Of a DNA stretch of 64,000 nt, positions 1 through 9,606 are shown one piece after another. The first letter of the stretch is position 1. Every line of letters starts with the position of its first letter. A program made the translations under genes and the position numbers. Below the pieces are notes generated by a model. The model ran no database searches, was not told the DNA's origin, and was given only the letters and a program-made list of their open reading frames with translations. The stretch is taken from positions 128,001-192,000 of the forward strand of contig CAVZRV010000007.1 in assembly GCA_963777605.1 (NCBI GenBank). Direction: 5' to 3'. This stretch comes from an uncultured Acidobacteriota bacterium. Its GTDB lineage: Bacteria > Acidobacteriota > UBA6911 > RPQK01 > JAPXNP01.

Positions 1-1137
1 GATGGCATTGCCGGCTGCGAACTTGTCCGAGCCGGATCTCACGTTGGAAGCTCCCGCCTTGGCCGAATCCGAGTAATCGACCGAGAAGGCCTCATCGAGG
101 TACCGCTTGAGGCCCTTCAGCGACTCGACATCATTTTCGTGGATCAGGCCCCTCTGGTCAGGGGGCAGGTTGAGAATGAAGTTGCCGTTCATGCCCACCG
201 AGTGATACCAGATGTCGATCAACTGGTTGACGGACTTGACCCGTGCATCCTCACTCTTGTGGTAGAACCAGCCGGGCCGGATAGAGGTATTGACCTCAGC
301 CGGGATCCAATCGGGACCGTCTTCCACGCCCGACTGCAGAATGCTGTTCAGCCCGCTGACGCCGGGAAAGAGCTTGGACGCGTCCATCGTGCACCAGTTC
401 GTCTCGGCGGCGTAGCCTCGCTCATTGCCGATCCAGCGAATGTCGGGACCGGCATCGCTGAACATCACGGCCATGGGCTGGAGGTCGCGGACGATCTGCC
501 TGGTGTTCACCCAGTCGTAGTAGGTGCGATTATCGATTCGACGGGTTTCGCGTGCACCACCGTAATAGCCGTCCCCACCGTTGGCCCCGTCAAACCAGAC
601 CTCGAAGACCTCCCCGTAGTTGGTTAACAACTCTCTCAACTGGTTCCGGTAGTACTCGATGTACTCAGGGGTACCGTATGCCGCATTGTTGCGGTCCCAT
701 GGTGACAGGTAAATGCCCAGCTTCAGGCCATACTCGTCACAGGCCTCTCGGAGCTCGCGGATGACATCCCCCTTCCCGTTTTTCCAGGGCGAGTTCTTGA
801 CGGAATGCTCGGTGTACTGGGACGGCCAGAGGCAGAATCCATCGTGGTGCTTCGCCGTAATAACGATCCCTTCCATGCCGGCCTCTTTGACGATCCGGGC
901 CCACTGCCGGCAATCCAACTGAGTCGGGTTGAATACCTCCGGAGACTCGTCCCCGTATCCCCATTCCTTGTCGGTAAACGTGTTCGGGGAAAAGTGGACG
1001 AAGGCGTAGTACTTCATATCGTGCCATCGCAACTGGCGTTCACTCGGAACAGCGCCAAAAGGCTCAGGCGGGGCCTGGCCCTGGCAGCCGGCCAGCGTGG
1101 CCGTCACTAGAATCAGAAGAGCAACTCTCCAGTACAT
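1..1137 (-). CDS. GH29 alpha-L-fucosidase, lipoprotein (3' end runs off the window)
   Basis: Not in the ORF track; translated by hand from ATG 1137 behind AGGAGA: MYWRVALLILVTATLAGC (lipobox), then FVHFSPNTF, TAKHHDGFCLWPS, YLSPWDRN and EVWFDGA (nucleophile Asp), all GH29 motifs. Confidence 0.92.
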   Translation of the reverse strand, partial: MYWRVALLILVTATLAGCQGQAPPEPFGAVPSERQLRWHDMKYYAFVHFSPNTFTDKEWGYGDESPEVFNPTQLDCRQWARIVKEAGMEGIVITAKHHDGFCLWPSQYTEHSVKNSPWKNGKGDVIRELREACDEYGLKLGIYLSPWDRNNAAYGTPEYIEYYRNQLRELLTNYGEVFEVWFDGANGGDGYYGGARETRRIDNRTYYDWVNTRQIVRDLQPMAVMFSDAGPDIRWIGNERGYAAETNWCTMDASKLFPGVSGLNSILQSGVEDGPDWIPAEVNTSIRPGWFYHKSEDARVKSVNQLIDIWYHSVGMNGNFILNLPPDQRGLIHENDVESLKGLKRYLDEAFSVDYSDSAKAGASNVRSGSDKFAAGNAI

Positions 1138-1359
1138 CTGCCAGTCTCCTGTCGTCAAGGGTCTATCTCGAAACTATCCATTCTAGAATCTGCCCCGAGC
1201 AAGAGCAAAAGGCAGAGGTTCGCGCGACCGAGTTACATTTTTGCTTTTGGATTAGATATTTGTGATCGGGTCGGACAATCGGAAGTGCACTGCGGGATCC
1301 GAGGGATTGCCGGCAGTGCGATTCGGTCTCAGCCCTGTTGTGCTAGATTGAATCCACGC

Positions 1360-2058
1360 ATGACCGACCAACCGATCAAGAAGCGACCGGAACGTTGGAA
1401 ATATATGACCGACCCCCTCCCCGACTGGGTATCGGGAACCATGGAGGAACGTTTTTCGGAGATCCACCAGCGGCGGTTCTGGGAAGCGGCGGAATCCATT
1501 TCAGGACCGGGATCCAGCCTGGAACAGACCCGGGCACTTATCGATCGCTTGCCCCACCTCTGGGCGGACCTTGGCGTGAAGACGATTCTCGACGTGCCCT
1601 GCGGGGACTTTAACTGGATGCAGGCGGTTGACCTGTCCGCCGTGTCATACACCGGTGCCGACATCGTCCCGGAGATAATCGCTCAGAACCAGGCGCGCTT
1701 CGGGAGTGACCGCATCCGATTCACCAACCTCGACATTACGCAGGACCCACTCCCAGAAAGCGACCTGGTGTTCTGCCGGGACGGCCTTGTGCACCTGAGC
1801 TTCCGGGACATCGACCGGGCGATCCTGAACTTGTCCCGGTCAGGATGCAGGCTGCTGCTGACAACTACCTTTCCAAGGCATTTCGAGAATCGTGACATCC
1901 AGACCGGCGACTGGCGCACTCTCAACCTGGAAATTCCGCCCTTCAGCTTTCCTCCCCCGCTCCACCTTCTGATCGAGGGGTGTCCAGAAGAAGGGTTCGA
2001 GGACAAGGCGATGGGGCTCTGGCGGATCGGTGACCTCCCTCGCCTGGCAATCCAGTAG
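1360..2058 (+). CDS. Class I SAM-dependent methyltransferase
   Basis: SGPGS, ILDVPCGDFNW, YTGADIV, DLVFCRD motifs; start uncertain (1360 or later). Confidence 0.8.
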   Translation: MTDQPIKKRPERWKYMTDPLPDWVSGTMEERFSEIHQRRFWEAAESISGPGSSLEQTRALIDRLPHLWADLGVKTILDVPCGDFNWMQAVDLSAVSYTGADIVPEIIAQNQARFGSDRIRFTNLDITQDPLPESDLVFCRDGLVHLSFRDIDRAILNLSRSGCRLLLTTTFPRHFENRDIQTGDWRTLNLEIPPFSFPPPLHLLIEGCPEEGFEDKAMGLWRIGDLPRLAIQ

Positions 2059-2065
2059 CCCAGCA

Positions 2066-2602
2066 ATGGTAACTCCGGTGTGGAGAACTTGGCAAGTGGC
2101 CTGGAAAACAAGTTGGATCACACGCTCGAGCTTCGGTAAGCTCGGGCTCATCCTGTTCCTGTCGGTCCCGTTCATTTCCTGCAACGACACCGAGGAGGCT
2201 GCGATCAGAGAACCTTACCCGGTAATGGCTCCCTGCCCTGACTCGCCGAACTGCGTGGCGAGTGATGCGCCCGACAAGAGCCACTGGATCGAGCCGTTTC
2301 GGCTCGGGAACACCTCCCTGGAAACCGCCTGGAAGGCACTGCAGGAAGTAGTTGAAGCACGTCCCCGAACAACCATTGTAACGGCTTCCCATTCATACCT
2401 GCACGTCACGGAGTCGAGTCGGATCTTCGGCTTCGTGGACGATGTGGAATTCCAGTTGCGGCCTGCCGAGAGAATCATAGCGGTTCGATCCGCCTCCCGA
2501 GCCGGTTATTCCGATCTCGGAGTCAACCGTCGCCGCATCGAAGCCATCCGAAAGGCCCTGGAGGAAGAAGGAATCATCCTTCGGAATCACGCCACCGGGT
2601 AG
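2066..2602 (+). CDS. DUF1499 family protein
   Basis: PCPDSPNCVAS, FGFVDDVEF, RSASRAGYSDLGVNRRRIEAIR motifs; hydrophobic N-terminus ending FISC; start approximate. Confidence 0.85.
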   Translation: MVTPVWRTWQVAWKTSWITRSSFGKLGLILFLSVPFISCNDTEEAAIREPYPVMAPCPDSPNCVASDAPDKSHWIEPFRLGNTSLETAWKALQEVVEARPRTTIVTASHSYLHVTESSRIFGFVDDVEFQLRPAERIIAVRSASRAGYSDLGVNRRRIEAIRKALEEEGIILRNHATG

Positions 2603-2798
2603 CCGCAAGTCTCGTCCATAAATGCCCAAACCGAGGCAGCGCTCTTCTCCCACCGCGGCGTCAGAAATCAGGACTTTTGGGGTGCCCCAACCCGCCCTGT
2701 ACCTCCGAGCGACCCATCCGAGCGACCCGGAGCCAACTCCCGAAGTATGCTATACTGAGAAGGATTACTCCAATTTTATCAATAGTTTCGGAGCGCAC

Positions 2799-3692
2799 AT
2801 GCAACGAATTCGGGTCGCCTCTCTCCAGTACTTCATCCGCCCAGTGGAACGATTCGAGGACTTTGAGAACCAGGTCTCGGCACTTGTAGACACAGCTCGT
2901 GACTACAAATGTCGTCTAATTGTTTTCCCAGAGTATTTCACGGTTCAGCTTCTGACCCTCAACGACATCAGGCGACCAATTCTTCATCAAATTCCCACTC
3001 TGGCAAAACAGCTTCCACGTTACCTCGAGTTGATGTCGTCGCTGGCAAAGAAGCACGGGATCTACATCGTCGGGGGTTCAATCCCGGTCATCGATGAGGA
3101 ATCCCCCGAGAAGATCTACAATCAGAGCTACCTCTTTGCCCCGTCGGGGGCCTGGGACTATCAAGGCAAGCTGCACATGACCCGGTGGGAGTCTGAGGAG
3201 TGGAACATCACGCCGCGTGATTGCCTGAGGGTTTTCGAAACCGACATCGGGCGGATTGCCATCACCATCTGTTACGACGTCGAGTTCCCGGAGATTGCGC
3301 GAATCGCCGCCCGCGAAGGTGTTTACCTCCTCATCGTGCCGAGTTGCACCGACGAACGTCAAGGGTTTCTCCGAGTACGCTACTGTGCCCAGGCTCGTGC
3401 AATCGAGAACCAGCTCTATGTGATCCACTCCTGTACCGTCGGTTCACTCCCCATGGTACCCGCGGTTTCCCTGAACTACGGGCAGGCGTCCATTCTGACT
3501 CCGAGCGATTTCTCCTTTGCCCGGGACGGCATCCTGGCAGAAGGGGTTCCAAACCAGGAGAGCATGGTGATCGGCGAATTGAACCTGGACACTATCCAGG
3601 AATCGCGAACTGCCGGAACGGTCCTGCCGCTGCGAGACAGTCAAAGGAGCGCAGAAGTCGCTTCGAAGATGGAGATTATCGAGGTGTTATGA
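2799..3692 (+). CDS. Carbon-nitrogen hydrolase (nitrilase superfamily)
   Basis: Catalytic triad motifs FPEY, QGKLH, ICYDVEFPE; ARAIENQ; ATG at 2799. Confidence 0.9.
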   Translation: MQRIRVASLQYFIRPVERFEDFENQVSALVDTARDYKCRLIVFPEYFTVQLLTLNDIRRPILHQIPTLAKQLPRYLELMSSLAKKHGIYIVGGSIPVIDEESPEKIYNQSYLFAPSGAWDYQGKLHMTRWESEEWNITPRDCLRVFETDIGRIAITICYDVEFPEIARIAAREGVYLLIVPSCTDERQGFLRVRYCAQARAIENQLYVIHSCTVGSLPMVPAVSLNYGQASILTPSDFSFARDGILAEGVPNQESMVIGELNLDTIQESRTAGTVLPLRDSQRSAEVASKMEIIEVL

Positions 3693-4381
3693 GTTTGACG
3701 GAAATCCAGGTAAGAAGAACGGAGAAAGGGGACTTTGAATCCATTATCGAGATCTGTCGCGAGGTTTATCCCGGAGCGGCCAGCTGGACCGAAGCTCAAC
3801 TGGCATCACATCTCGAGGTCTTTCCGGAAGGGCAACTGGTGGCGGTTGACGGCAACGACAACAGGGTCGTGGGGATGGCTGCGAGCTTGATTGTTGCCTG
3901 GGACGACTACGACTCCCTCGACTCCTGGCATGATTTCACCGATCGGGGAATGTTCACGAATCACGATGCCGAAGGGGGGCGCACGCTTTACGGAGCGGAA
4001 GTCATGGTGCATCCCGATTGCCAGGGGATGGGCGTTGGCTCGAAGCTCTACCAGGCTCGTCGCCGGCTCGTTGAGCAATTCAACCTGGGACGGATTCGTG
4101 CTGGCGCCCGACTGCGGGGCTATCACCGGTACGCAGCGGAGCTCAGTGCCGACAAGTACACGGAGAAGATCGTCGCGGGGGAGATCGGCGATCCGACCCT
4201 GTCGTTCCAGTTGCGCCACGGTTTTCGAGTCATCGCCGTGATTCCGGGCTACCTGAAGAATGACCCTGAGAGCCTGGGTTGGGCCGCACTGATCGAATGG
4301 CTGAACCCCGCAACCGCCGGGAGCAACCGCCAGGCCACACAGACAAAGCCGGATTTTCCTGACTCCTGGGCCGCTGCTTGA
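3689..4381 (+). CDS. GNAT family N-acetyltransferase
   Basis: ATGA overlap with the hydrolase stop; FPEGQLV, LYGAEVMVHPDCQGMGVG acetyl-CoA motif, DPTLSFQL. Confidence 0.88.
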   Translation: MSLTEIQVRRTEKGDFESIIEICREVYPGAASWTEAQLASHLEVFPEGQLVAVDGNDNRVVGMAASLIVAWDDYDSLDSWHDFTDRGMFTNHDAEGGRTLYGAEVMVHPDCQGMGVGSKLYQARRRLVEQFNLGRIRAGARLRGYHRYAAELSADKYTEKIVAGEIGDPTLSFQLRHGFRVIAVIPGYLKNDPESLGWAALIEWLNPATAGSNRQATQTKPDFPDSWAAA

Positions 4382-4404
4382 AATGCATGCCGTGCCTGCA
4401 AACG

Positions 4405-4437
4405 CTGAGTCCCCGGACTCGAGGCCAGGGGACTCAG
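4405..4437. terminator. Hairpin between convergent genes
   Basis: CTGAGTCCCC...GGGGACTCAG 10-bp stem; no clear U-tract. Confidence 0.4.
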
Positions 4438-4513
4438 ATTGCCGCCGCCGACAACATCCACGTCGTTATGTTCCGGGCCAGCCTCCTGTTCAGGTGAATT
4501 GCCCGGCAACCGG

Positions 4514-6163
4514 TTAATCGACGATGCCCCGGTCCTCGCTGATATTGACGATCTTGTTGATCGGCAACTGGGCCAGTTGCTGTTTCTCACCGGAAGGCCA
4601 GCTGATTTCGACCGAATCGATCTTCTGCAGCTTGCCGAGGCCGAAAGTCAGCCGCAACTGCGACTGACTGCAGTAGCTTCCGCCGGTCTTGACCATGGCG
4701 GTCTGAACGACGTCGCCCGATTTGATCCGAACGACTGCCCCCAGCCCGTCACGGTTGCTCTTGGAGCCTTCGAGGTGAAGGGTAACCCAGTTGTTCTGGT
4801 TCCCTCCGTCATTACGGAATAACTTGGCGGGACCTCCGCACGCGGTCATCAAGACGTCCAGGTCACCGTCGTTGTCGAAATCGCCATATGCGGCGCCACG
4901 GGCAACCCTGGGAGTTCCAAAGTCGTTCCCCAACTGCTGCGTCACGTCCGAAAACCGACGACCGTCCATGTTCTGGAACAACTGGGGAGGCTGGGCGTAA
5001 GTCACCTTCTTCTGGACCGCGTTGATGTCATTCTCGACATGTCCGTTGGCCGCGAGAATGTCCAGGAAACCATCCAGGTTGTAGTCGAAGAAAAAGCACC
5101 CGAAGGTCAGGTTGAGGAGACTGGCCGGCCCCACGCTCGAGGTTGGGCCATCGTCGATGAAGAACCCGTTGCGCTCGTTGTGGTAAAGGGTGATCATCTC
5201 GTTGGAGAAGTTGCCGATCACCACGCTCAAGTTACCTGAGCGGTCGTAGTCACCGGCGTCAATGCCCATTGCACCGCGGGCCACACCATCTTCACTGAAG
5301 GCAATTCCAGCCAGGACGCCCACCTCGTTGAAACCACCCTTGCCGGTGTTCTCCCACAGCTTGTTGGGCTGGGTATCATTGGCCATCATGATGTCCGGCC
5401 AGCCGTCGCCGTTGTAGTCAAAGACAAGAACACCAAGTCCCTTGTTGGTGTCGTCGTATATGCCGGCGGCTTTGGTCACGTCTTCGAACGTTCCGTTGCC
5501 CTTATTGCGGTAAAGGTGGGGGGACGCGCCCTTGTAAGACTGGGGTGTACAGTATGCCTTGGTTTCACCATCGAGGCTGCACCATATGTCGCTCTCGCGT
5601 GACCACTTCACGTAGTTGGCCACGAAAAGATCGAGATTCCCGTCACGGTCATAATCGAGGAAGGCCGCACTGGTTCCGTAGGAGTCGTCGCCGCCGAGGC
5701 CGGCCGCCTTGGTCACGTCCTTGAAGGTGCCGTTGCCCTGATTCTGGAACAGGCGGTCGGGGCCAAGGGCGGAAACAAAGAGGTCACAATCGCCATCGTT
5801 GTCGTAGTCCGCCGATGTGACGCCCATGCCGTAGAATTCAACGGCCAGGCCGGCAGCCTTGGTAACGTCGGTGAAAGTGCCGTTCTTGTTGTTACGGTAC
5901 AGGGCCGGCGTCGAACGCTGCTTCTTCCCGTCAGGCCAGTTCATCCCGTTGACCAGGTAGATGTCCAGCCACCCATCGTTGTTATAGTCCAGAAACGCCC
6001 CTCCGGCGCCCATGGTTTCCGGCAGGTATTTCTTGCCGAACGCACCGTTCGTGTGGACAAACGTTATTCCGGCAGCCGCCGTCACGTCAGTGAACTTGAC
6101 TTGGGCCATGACTGATCCGGCGAAAGTCCCGACGGTACAAAACAGAATTACAAGCTTCTTCAT
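4514..6163 (-). CDS. CRTAC1 / ASPIC-UnbV family FG-GAP repeat protein, secreted
   Basis: Signal peptide MKKLVILF..VMAQ; repeated DY(N/D)xDGxxD Ca-binding FG-GAP blades; C-terminal SNRDGLGA..GGSYCSQ..FGLG..WPSG ASPIC/UnbV domain. Confidence 0.9.
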   Translation of the reverse strand: MKKLVILFCTVGTFAGSVMAQVKFTDVTAAAGITFVHTNGAFGKKYLPETMGAGGAFLDYNNDGWLDIYLVNGMNWPDGKKQRSTPALYRNNKNGTFTDVTKAAGLAVEFYGMGVTSADYDNDGDCDLFVSALGPDRLFQNQGNGTFKDVTKAAGLGGDDSYGTSAAFLDYDRDGNLDLFVANYVKWSRESDIWCSLDGETKAYCTPQSYKGASPHLYRNKGNGTFEDVTKAAGIYDDTNKGLGVLVFDYNGDGWPDIMMANDTQPNKLWENTGKGGFNEVGVLAGIAFSEDGVARGAMGIDAGDYDRSGNLSVVIGNFSNEMITLYHNERNGFFIDDGPTSSVGPASLLNLTFGCFFFDYNLDGFLDILAANGHVENDINAVQKKVTYAQPPQLFQNMDGRRFSDVTQQLGNDFGTPRVARGAAYGDFDNDGDLDVLMTACGGPAKLFRNDGGNQNNWVTLHLEGSKSNRDGLGAVVRIKSGDVVQTAMVKTGGSYCSQSQLRLTFGLGKLQKIDSVEISWPSGEKQQLAQLPINKIVNISEDRGIVD

Positions 6164-6360
6164 GACGCTCGTCCTACTCCCTCGAGCCGCTTCAGATTCG
6201 AGATGCGACATATTCTTTGCATTATCTCCATTCACATTCGTCACCAGACCCGGTCGCCCCTCGGACCGGCTCGCTTGCAACCCGGCTTGAATTGGGCCGC
6301 GCTGCGCAGAACCGATCCCGGGAGATTCCGGGTTTCGGGGGGATACCGCCTGAAACAGGC

Positions 6361-9207
6361 TCAGGGACCCGCCGTGAATTCCCGATCACGGGGTTGACCA
6401 ACCGCTCGGGCCATCGACAGGTTCTGCCGAATCTGGTCCAGCGGAAAACTGTCGTGCTCGTGAATCGCCTGCCGCTCGTTGTTGTCGTTTGGATTTTCCC
6501 TCAGATACGGCCCCGTGATCGACTGGGCACTTTCGTCGGCCTTGAAACGAAGATAGAGCACCTGCTCGTGGTGCGCCCGATCCTGGTCGCCCTGGGCCCG
6601 CCAGCAGAGCATCAGGTTGTAATGCGCCTGCAGGTCTTCAGGATCAATTTTGAGCACGCGCTCAAAGGCCGTGATCGCTTCGGAGAACTCTCTCTGCAGG
6701 AACAGCAAGCGGCCAATCTGGTTCAGAACCACCCGATCCTGCGGATACTGCGATTCTGCCACACGGTAGTGTTCCATGGCCTTGTCATAATCGCCCTGGC
6801 TCTTGTAGGTCATTCCGAGGAAGAAATGGGCACGAGCCAGCTTGGGATCGATTTCGAGCGCCTTGTTCAGAACCTCCTGCGCCTCCACCGGCCGGCCCTC
6901 CTGAACGCGGACGCGTCCGATGTTTACCCATCCGTCCTTGAACGAGGGATCGATCTCAGTGACCCGCGTAAAGACCTCTTCGGCCGCCTTCAGATCACCC
7001 TGAAGAAGGAGGCCTATCCCATAATCGTTCCAGCGGATCAGATCGTCCTTTTCCAAGACGGATTTCTGCTCAGGCACTTCGGCACCGGCATCGACCACTC
7101 GCAACTGCGTTTCGGACTTCGCCATCGTCGTAATGGGCAGTTCCGGAATCTCCTTAAGTTCACCAGACACTTTAGAAGTGTCCCCGGTAAACACCCATTT
7201 GCCGTTGTCGTAACCCTTGCCTACGTCTGGATTGGAATCGCTGGGATCCCGGACTCCGGCGTAGGCCCACTGGGTGTTCCACCAGGCGAACTTGCGGTAG
7301 TTCACCTTGGCCGTCAGGAAGATCTTGTCCCCAGTGTCCTTCGGTACCTGGAGCCGGAAATGGATCGTGTCAGCAGCTCCCGGGGGAATCAGGCGGACGT
7401 AAGCCACCGTCCGGGTCGCCCACGCGTTCCTCTTGTTGATTACGTTGCCCTGCTCGTCGAGCATGCGGGAGCGGTAGAAGTGAGCACTGGGATCGACCGG
7501 TCCCTTGCGCCCGTTCTCATCCTCCGGCACGTAGCCGCTCCAGAAAATGATCTTGCCGTTCTCGTCAACAGCTTTCAGCTCGACCCAAACCTCGAAGGCG
7601 TCCACCGTTCCTCCGGGGAAGAAATGACCAACCCCCTTGGTCCGGAGGACCACGTTGACCCGCACCGTGTCTCCCCGCTTGACGATCGGATTCACTTTGT
7701 CGATCGGGGCAACAATCTGCCCGACTGCAGTGTACCCGGCGCCTCGGCCGCCAAGTGCAACTCCCATCTGGTCGCCTTCGGCGAAGGTCGAAGAGGTCTG
7801 GAGGTTGTCCAGGGCTGAAACGGGAGCCTGGCGATCTTCATCTTCTGAGACTTCACTCAAGGCAAAGATGTCAATCCCGACCTGGTCGTTCTGAAGGAAC
7901 TCGGTAACCAGCTTCAGCTGATCATCGTGCTTGTAGGCGGTTGGCAATGCAGTGTTGGCCCCGGGGAAACGATGATCGTGGACGACCCCTTCCACGTTGC
8001 CGGCATCGTCAGACGCAACCAGCGGCATGTGACAGTCGGCACAGGCCTTGGCATTGGCCGGATAGTAAAAGCTGCGCGCCCCATGACCGGAGACTCCACT
8101 CGACTGCCACCCGTCATACTCGTTGAATCCGCGGATCCAACGATAGTTGTTGACCGGGGCGTCGAGGTGAACCTTATGACAAGCCGAACAGTACTCCGCG
8201 GTCTGTTCTTTCATGAACGGTTTCATGAAAGTCTTGCGGTGCGGTCCCGGATCCAGCTTCACGACGAAATCGTGGAGATACTGAATCACCGGGTTGTCGC
8301 TGGTGGCCAGATCGTGCAGGGGCGGATACTCGATGACGAAATTGCCGTTGCCCATGGTGCTGCCGACCGAAACGATCGAGTGGCACGAAGTGCAGGTCAG
8401 GCCGACGTGGGCTTCGGGGCGGTCGATCTGGTCCTTGATCGGGGTATCCATCATCCCGTTGAAGAACATCGCGTGATCATGACACCCGGCGCACCACTTC
8501 GATGGCTGCGTCCCGACAGTGTCCTGCATGTACTCGACTGCCTTGCGATACCACTGGTTGTTGAAAGAAGCGAGATGGTGAGCGCTGGTCTGCCACTGCT
8601 TGTAAATATCCGGGTGACAACCCGATTTGCCGCATGTGTCCGGCTTCATGAAGAAGTCCGACGGGATAGTGTGTCCGACGTCGGTTTGTGCTGAAGAGGG
8701 AAAGAAAGGACTGCCCTCACCCGCTCCCTCGTGTTGCATTTCGGTCGGAACAACGATCGGGTTCTCGATTTTCGGGGTTTCGGTCCATCCGGACAGCGGT
8801 ATCACGATCGCCAGGGCAATGACTCCTAGCGCCGCGGCGCCGATCAGCCTCCAATCGGACCGCCTGACCAGGGAATGAAGCACGAACACACCAAACGCAA
8901 CAAACGAGATGACCACATGAACATCAAGCGCAGTCTGGTGAGGTCGCGTGGTTCCCGTTATGAACAAGTACACTCCGACCAGGGCGCCCCCTGCCAGCAG
9001 GGCAAACCCGACCTTTCCCTCCCACCGGGCATCCTGAAAAAGGCTTCGGAAGCACTTGACCAGCAACACGATCAAGGCCAAACCAAGGCCCAGATGAACG
9101 AAGATGTTTGCGACGTAGAAAAGGCTCGGTGACTCGAAATACCAGAGATACACCGCATTGAGCGCGGTCAACCCCAGAACCGGTACAAATAGTTTCTGCA
9201 GTTTCAT
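6361..9207 (-). CDS. Membrane-anchored multiheme c-type cytochrome with C-terminal TPR repeats
   Basis: Several N-terminal hydrophobic helices; heme motifs CGKSGCH, CAGCH, CTSCH, CSACH, CADCH; DHRFPG; about 5 TPRs at the C-terminus; GGGGAG RBS. Confidence 0.85.
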   Translation of the reverse strand: MKLQKLFVPVLGLTALNAVYLWYFESPSLFYVANIFVHLGLGLALIVLLVKCFRSLFQDARWEGKVGFALLAGGALVGVYLFITGTTRPHQTALDVHVVISFVAFGVFVLHSLVRRSDWRLIGAAALGVIALAIVIPLSGWTETPKIENPIVVPTEMQHEGAGEGSPFFPSSAQTDVGHTIPSDFFMKPDTCGKSGCHPDIYKQWQTSAHHLASFNNQWYRKAVEYMQDTVGTQPSKWCAGCHDHAMFFNGMMDTPIKDQIDRPEAHVGLTCTSCHSIVSVGSTMGNGNFVIEYPPLHDLATSDNPVIQYLHDFVVKLDPGPHRKTFMKPFMKEQTAEYCSACHKVHLDAPVNNYRWIRGFNEYDGWQSSGVSGHGARSFYYPANAKACADCHMPLVASDDAGNVEGVVHDHRFPGANTALPTAYKHDDQLKLVTEFLQNDQVGIDIFALSEVSEDEDRQAPVSALDNLQTSSTFAEGDQMGVALGGRGAGYTAVGQIVAPIDKVNPIVKRGDTVRVNVVLRTKGVGHFFPGGTVDAFEVWVELKAVDENGKIIFWSGYVPEDENGRKGPVDPSAHFYRSRMLDEQGNVINKRNAWATRTVAYVRLIPPGAADTIHFRLQVPKDTGDKIFLTAKVNYRKFAWWNTQWAYAGVRDPSDSNPDVGKGYDNGKWVFTGDTSKVSGELKEIPELPITTMAKSETQLRVVDAGAEVPEQKSVLEKDDLIRWNDYGIGLLLQGDLKAAEEVFTRVTEIDPSFKDGWVNIGRVRVQEGRPVEAQEVLNKALEIDPKLARAHFFLGMTYKSQGDYDKAMEHYRVAESQYPQDRVVLNQIGRLLFLQREFSEAITAFERVLKIDPEDLQAHYNLMLCWRAQGDQDRAHHEQVLYLRFKADESAQSITGPYLRENPNDNNERQAIHEHDSFPLDQIRQNLSMARAVGQPRDREFTAGP

Positions 9208-9502
9208 TCACTCCCCCGAAATTGCGTTTCGACGGATTCGCCTAAACAGAGAACACGTTGAACGACCAGATATGCCCCGCAGCCGGGCGGGGCAGACTTA
9301 GCGGGATAAATATAGCAACTTTTATTCCCGGACGTGTCAACTTTGGTTAAAAAACTCCGCAAACCTCCATGTAGCAAAGATTTGCTTCGTCGCAGGCAAG
9401 GAGGAAAATCAACACTATACAACAAAGGAATCCATAAAACCTATGAATTCAAAACCATGAAAACCAGGAGAGAATCCTGTATTCGCAATAAAAGACACTT
9501 AG

Positions 9503-9515
9503 AATCAAAGATTTA
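9503..9515. promoter_or_regulatory. IHF-like site in AT-rich intergenic region
   Basis: AATCAAAGATTTA matches WATCAANNNNTTR exactly. Confidence 0.4.
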
Positions 9516-9606
9516 CAGAAATCATGGAAATTATGATCGTAACTGGCGTCAAATTTTCTTCACCTACTTCTCCATCCGGCCGCTATTTCAGCAACGATCG
9601 AGACGG

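Noticed and set aside
3221-3688. N-terminal extension of the GNAT ORF overlapping the hydrolase
   Set aside because: Arg-rich shadow frame; the ATGA-coupled start at 3689 has an RBS (GAGGT).
6217-7818. Long antisense ORFs (also 17957-19219, 28556-30070, 50591-51994, 61421-62680)
   Set aside because: Shadows of well-supported genes in GC-rich DNA, with no motifs of their own.
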